Of a DNA stretch of 64,000 bases, positions 61,129 through 64,000 are shown piece after piece. This DNA is from Raillietiella orientalis (taxonomy: Eukaryota), in NCBI GenBank assembly GCA_036172245.1, contig JAYWIR010000028.1, forward strand, positions 2,852,001-2,916,000, in the 5' to 3' direction. A model generated the notes under the pieces. That model had not been told where the DNA came from. It saw only the letters and a list, made by a program, of their open reading frames with translations, and did no database searches. Each line of letters opens with the position of its first letter. The first letter of the stretch is position 1. Made by a program: the position numbers and the translations under genes.

Positions 61129-62128
61129 ACGATGGAAATCCTTGAGTTCTTCTTTTTCTTCTGTCTTCGCTGTTTTCCTTCCAGCTCTTTTTTTCACGAG
61201 TTTTCTTTTTTTTTTTTTTTTGGTTCGCTAAGTACCTCAGAGCCTGTCGCGTGCCTCGCGGCGTACGTGGCTCTTTTTAAACATTAAACCCACTGTTTTG
61301 TTTCCACGCCCCTCCGCCCGCGGCAGCCCTCAGGGGGGGCGTGTGATTCTTCAGGATAAGGGTCCGCCCTATGAATCCAGGAAGGGCTCGGAGTCCGTTC
61401 CTCTCACGCCTGGGGAGGGATCCCCCCGGACGGGGGGGATCGCACCTCCCACCCTGGTTGTCTCCGAAGGGGAAACTCCGAAGGGAATCTGCTTCCTCAT
61501 TCTCTCCGGAGGGATACCCCCTGGGAGGGGAGGGTGGTCCTCTCCATTTCAACTTCTCCGGAGGGAACCCGGAAAGGATCCGCTTCTAGGAATTTCTTCT
61601 ACGGAGGGAACCTTCAAGGGAACAGCTCCTGTTCACTCCTCTGAAGAGAACCCCGAAGGGACGCTTCCTCAGAAGGGGCGCTGCAGCTTCCCGCAGGGGA
61701 ATCGCTCTCTCTTGCTTCCTTGTGCACACTCTGTGAAGAGGCGACGACTCGGAGGGTCCCCCCCGCAACAGGGGAGGTCTGCTCCTTTGAACAACTGGAG
61801 AGGTGCCCGTGAGGGCTCCTGCTCCATCTTGAAACCGGAGGGGTCCCCTCGGTGAGGAGGGTCCGCTCTCCGTTGTACGACCGGAAAGGGAACTCCCCAC
61901 TCCTTTATTCCTGGGAGGACCCGAAGGTCGACTCCCATTGTTCTGGCCTTCATCGGGGGCCTCCGGCTTAATCCACCGCCGGGGCCACGGCCGAATGTCT
62001 CGGCCAACTAGCGCCATTTCAGGAGAAACTCGGAAACCAAACGACTCAGTGGCGTCAGTTATCTGACGAACCCGCGACGCGTGGTGCCACGCGCGGAAAC
62101 CTTAACCAGAAAGCCTCCGACCCGGGCA
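61129..62128 (-). mobile_element. Long tRNA-headed SINE-like repeat, copy B (inverted relative to copy A)
   Basis: The reverse complement aligns collinearly with 57917-58844, for example CCCTCCGGTTTCAAGATGGAGCA and CGCCGCGAGGCACGCGACAGGCTCTGAGGTACTTAGCGAACC. The B-box is truncated after GGTTCG. Confidence 0.7.
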
Positions 62129-64000
62129 AAGCCTTCGCCTGTTTTCTTTGAAGACGTTTTGAAGACCGTTTTCTGACGCATGATGGATCAATCATTATAC
62201 GGTTCTGTTTGTATGAAATATATGGTTTCCACATCCTCAATCGTTTTCACCTCTATTCAGTGGAACTCATTCTAGTTTCGTGGATATTACTCTAAAAACA
62301 CCGTTGGAACAGAAATGGCCACACTATTTTTCAATCTTGGAGAGGTGTTCTTGGAAAACCTGGTTCTCATCTGGAAGCTGCAGAAAATTCCGGATGAAGA
62401 TTATATCGTCCTGAGTCTTGAAGTACGTTGGCGAACCTCAGAATAGATGTCAGCATGTTTCGGTATGAATCAATGTTTGCATGTCTTCTAGGACTTAAGG
62501 CACAAATAATTCAATGTTTCCTAGCTGGTCTGCGAAACATGATACACCTTTTCAGAGGAAGTCCCTTCTATCGCTACACTCAGGAGACTCGGAAGAATGG
62601 TTTGCTGATGAAAAATCTCTTTAGAAAATAGGAATCTTTCACTTTCATGACAGAAAAGAAAGACTGCATCTTCACGTCGTTCATCAACAGCTTCTATCTC
62701 AACTTCGTGCAGAAGATCGTGCAGTCTTTTTCTGAAAGTTCGAGGCTTGCACTTATGTGTTCCGTAGACATTCTACTCCTGTTTCGTGAGTGCAGTTTGG
62801 TTTTGCAAGAAACACAATCATGGTCTTTTGTGCGAAGAAAAATGTAACTTTGACCTATAACTGGCAATACTGTTCTTGCGAAGAATGGTATGCTCTTCTA
62901 ATGATTTGCCGAAATTCCATCTTTGTGGTACGCATATGGTCGGCAGAGCTCAGGGGCTTTCACGGAGGCGATTTTCGGTCCAAAGAGAGTCAATGAGCAT
63001 TTAAATCTTGCTATCCAGATTCACACTTCCCGGCTGGACGGCATTCACGCACAAGTGCACCACATGAACAGTTTTTCTCTTTCCTCTTCATCTGATGACC
63101 GTGTAAGGAATCCTCAGAAATTATCACCACAGAAACAATGGTTACGTTATAGCAAGAGAATACATCGGATAGCTTTACAGAGACATCTCTCAACAGTTTC
63201 AAAAATTATTCGTCTTTCTCAGTAAGTCGTTATCTCCTCTTTTTTCTACTCATAGTTCGTTCACTCTGCTTCCAACTTTTTGAAAGCTGGTCTGCAAGCC
63301 GATGGGTATCCCATACGCAGTTACCTATTTCTGTATTTACCTTTTGCATTGAGAGGATACCATCATCATCGAGCTTGTTGCTTATTTTTTTAAACAAAAG
63401 TACCGCAGTCACCGGCTAAAAACCTTAGCAAGTTACCTTTAGCTGCAGCTTCTATATGTTGTAGGAAGCGGCAAAGGGAAATCGGAGCTGTGAGCAACCG
63501 TTTGCATATCTTTACGACAAGAAAGAAAACATCATCAAGTCAGTCAATCGATGTAAATCAGGAGCCATATCAGAAAATGCTCTCATTTGAAATTACAATG
63601 CTCCATATACTTTGAATGAAAGCTTTTGCTACATGAGAAAACGTACTTCGGCAAAGTGGTCTCGTAACAGCAGGCCAAGTGAGGAACAGAGCAGTTGATC
63701 GAATCAAAAGAAACCGGAAAGTTGGAAGCAGGAAGAGGAAAAAACGAAAAGATCCAAACACAAAGAGAACACGCAGGGGATTCTCACCACATGCACGCAC
63801 ATATTAAAAGTCTGAAACTACATGAGCGTTAGAGTTTTCAGAGAACTAGGAAGTTCTATCTTTCTTTAAGGGTGCCATAAGTTTGACTCTGCGAATCGAT
63901 GCTCATTCGCTGTATCGTACTGCAGAGGAATAGAGTACCTTTCTTCCGTTAAATGCATGGCAGTCTTTATGCATCCGTGCTTTAGAGCATTTCCTTCTGT

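Noticed and set aside
1..64000. CRISPR arrays, operons or bacterial defence systems (retron, DGR)
   Set aside because: Spliceosomal introns and APE/RLE non-LTR RTs show eukaryotic DNA; no regularly spaced repeat-spacer array was seen.

Overview
Animal (invertebrate-like) genomic DNA, not prokaryotic. One intact host gene is recognisable: an 11-exon nucleoporin Nup88 on the minus strand (12417-17819, 693 aa by manual exon assembly). Seven of its introns are only 40-49 nt and one probably uses a GC donor. It sits in an AT-rich, visibly CpG-poor island. From about 19 kb to 56 kb the window is a dense, nested, mixed-orientation accumulation of non-LTR retrotransposons: about 12 decayed or truncated L1/Tx1-clade (APE-RT-CCHC) segments and two NeSL/Utopia-type restriction-like-endonuclease remnants. 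Also present are a hAT (Buster/SPIN-like) non-autonomous element, a ~31-35 nt 5' fragment of U2 snRNA, and an inverted pair of ~0.9-1 kb GC-rich repeats with a tRNA-like Pol III head and A-rich tail. The most notable signals are: (i) a conserved 3'-terminal AATAAA-CCCGG-loop-CCGGGTG-A hairpin, plus an upstream CTGCG-loop hairpin, shared by diverged Tx1-like copies; (ii) the long tRNA-headed SINE-like family; (iii) a U2 fragment that ends near the known Utopia/Keno target site; (iv) a reconstructable nested insertion with an 8-bp TSD; (v) a perfect 60-bp fold-back palindrome. All assignments come from reading motifs by eye; no database searches were run.
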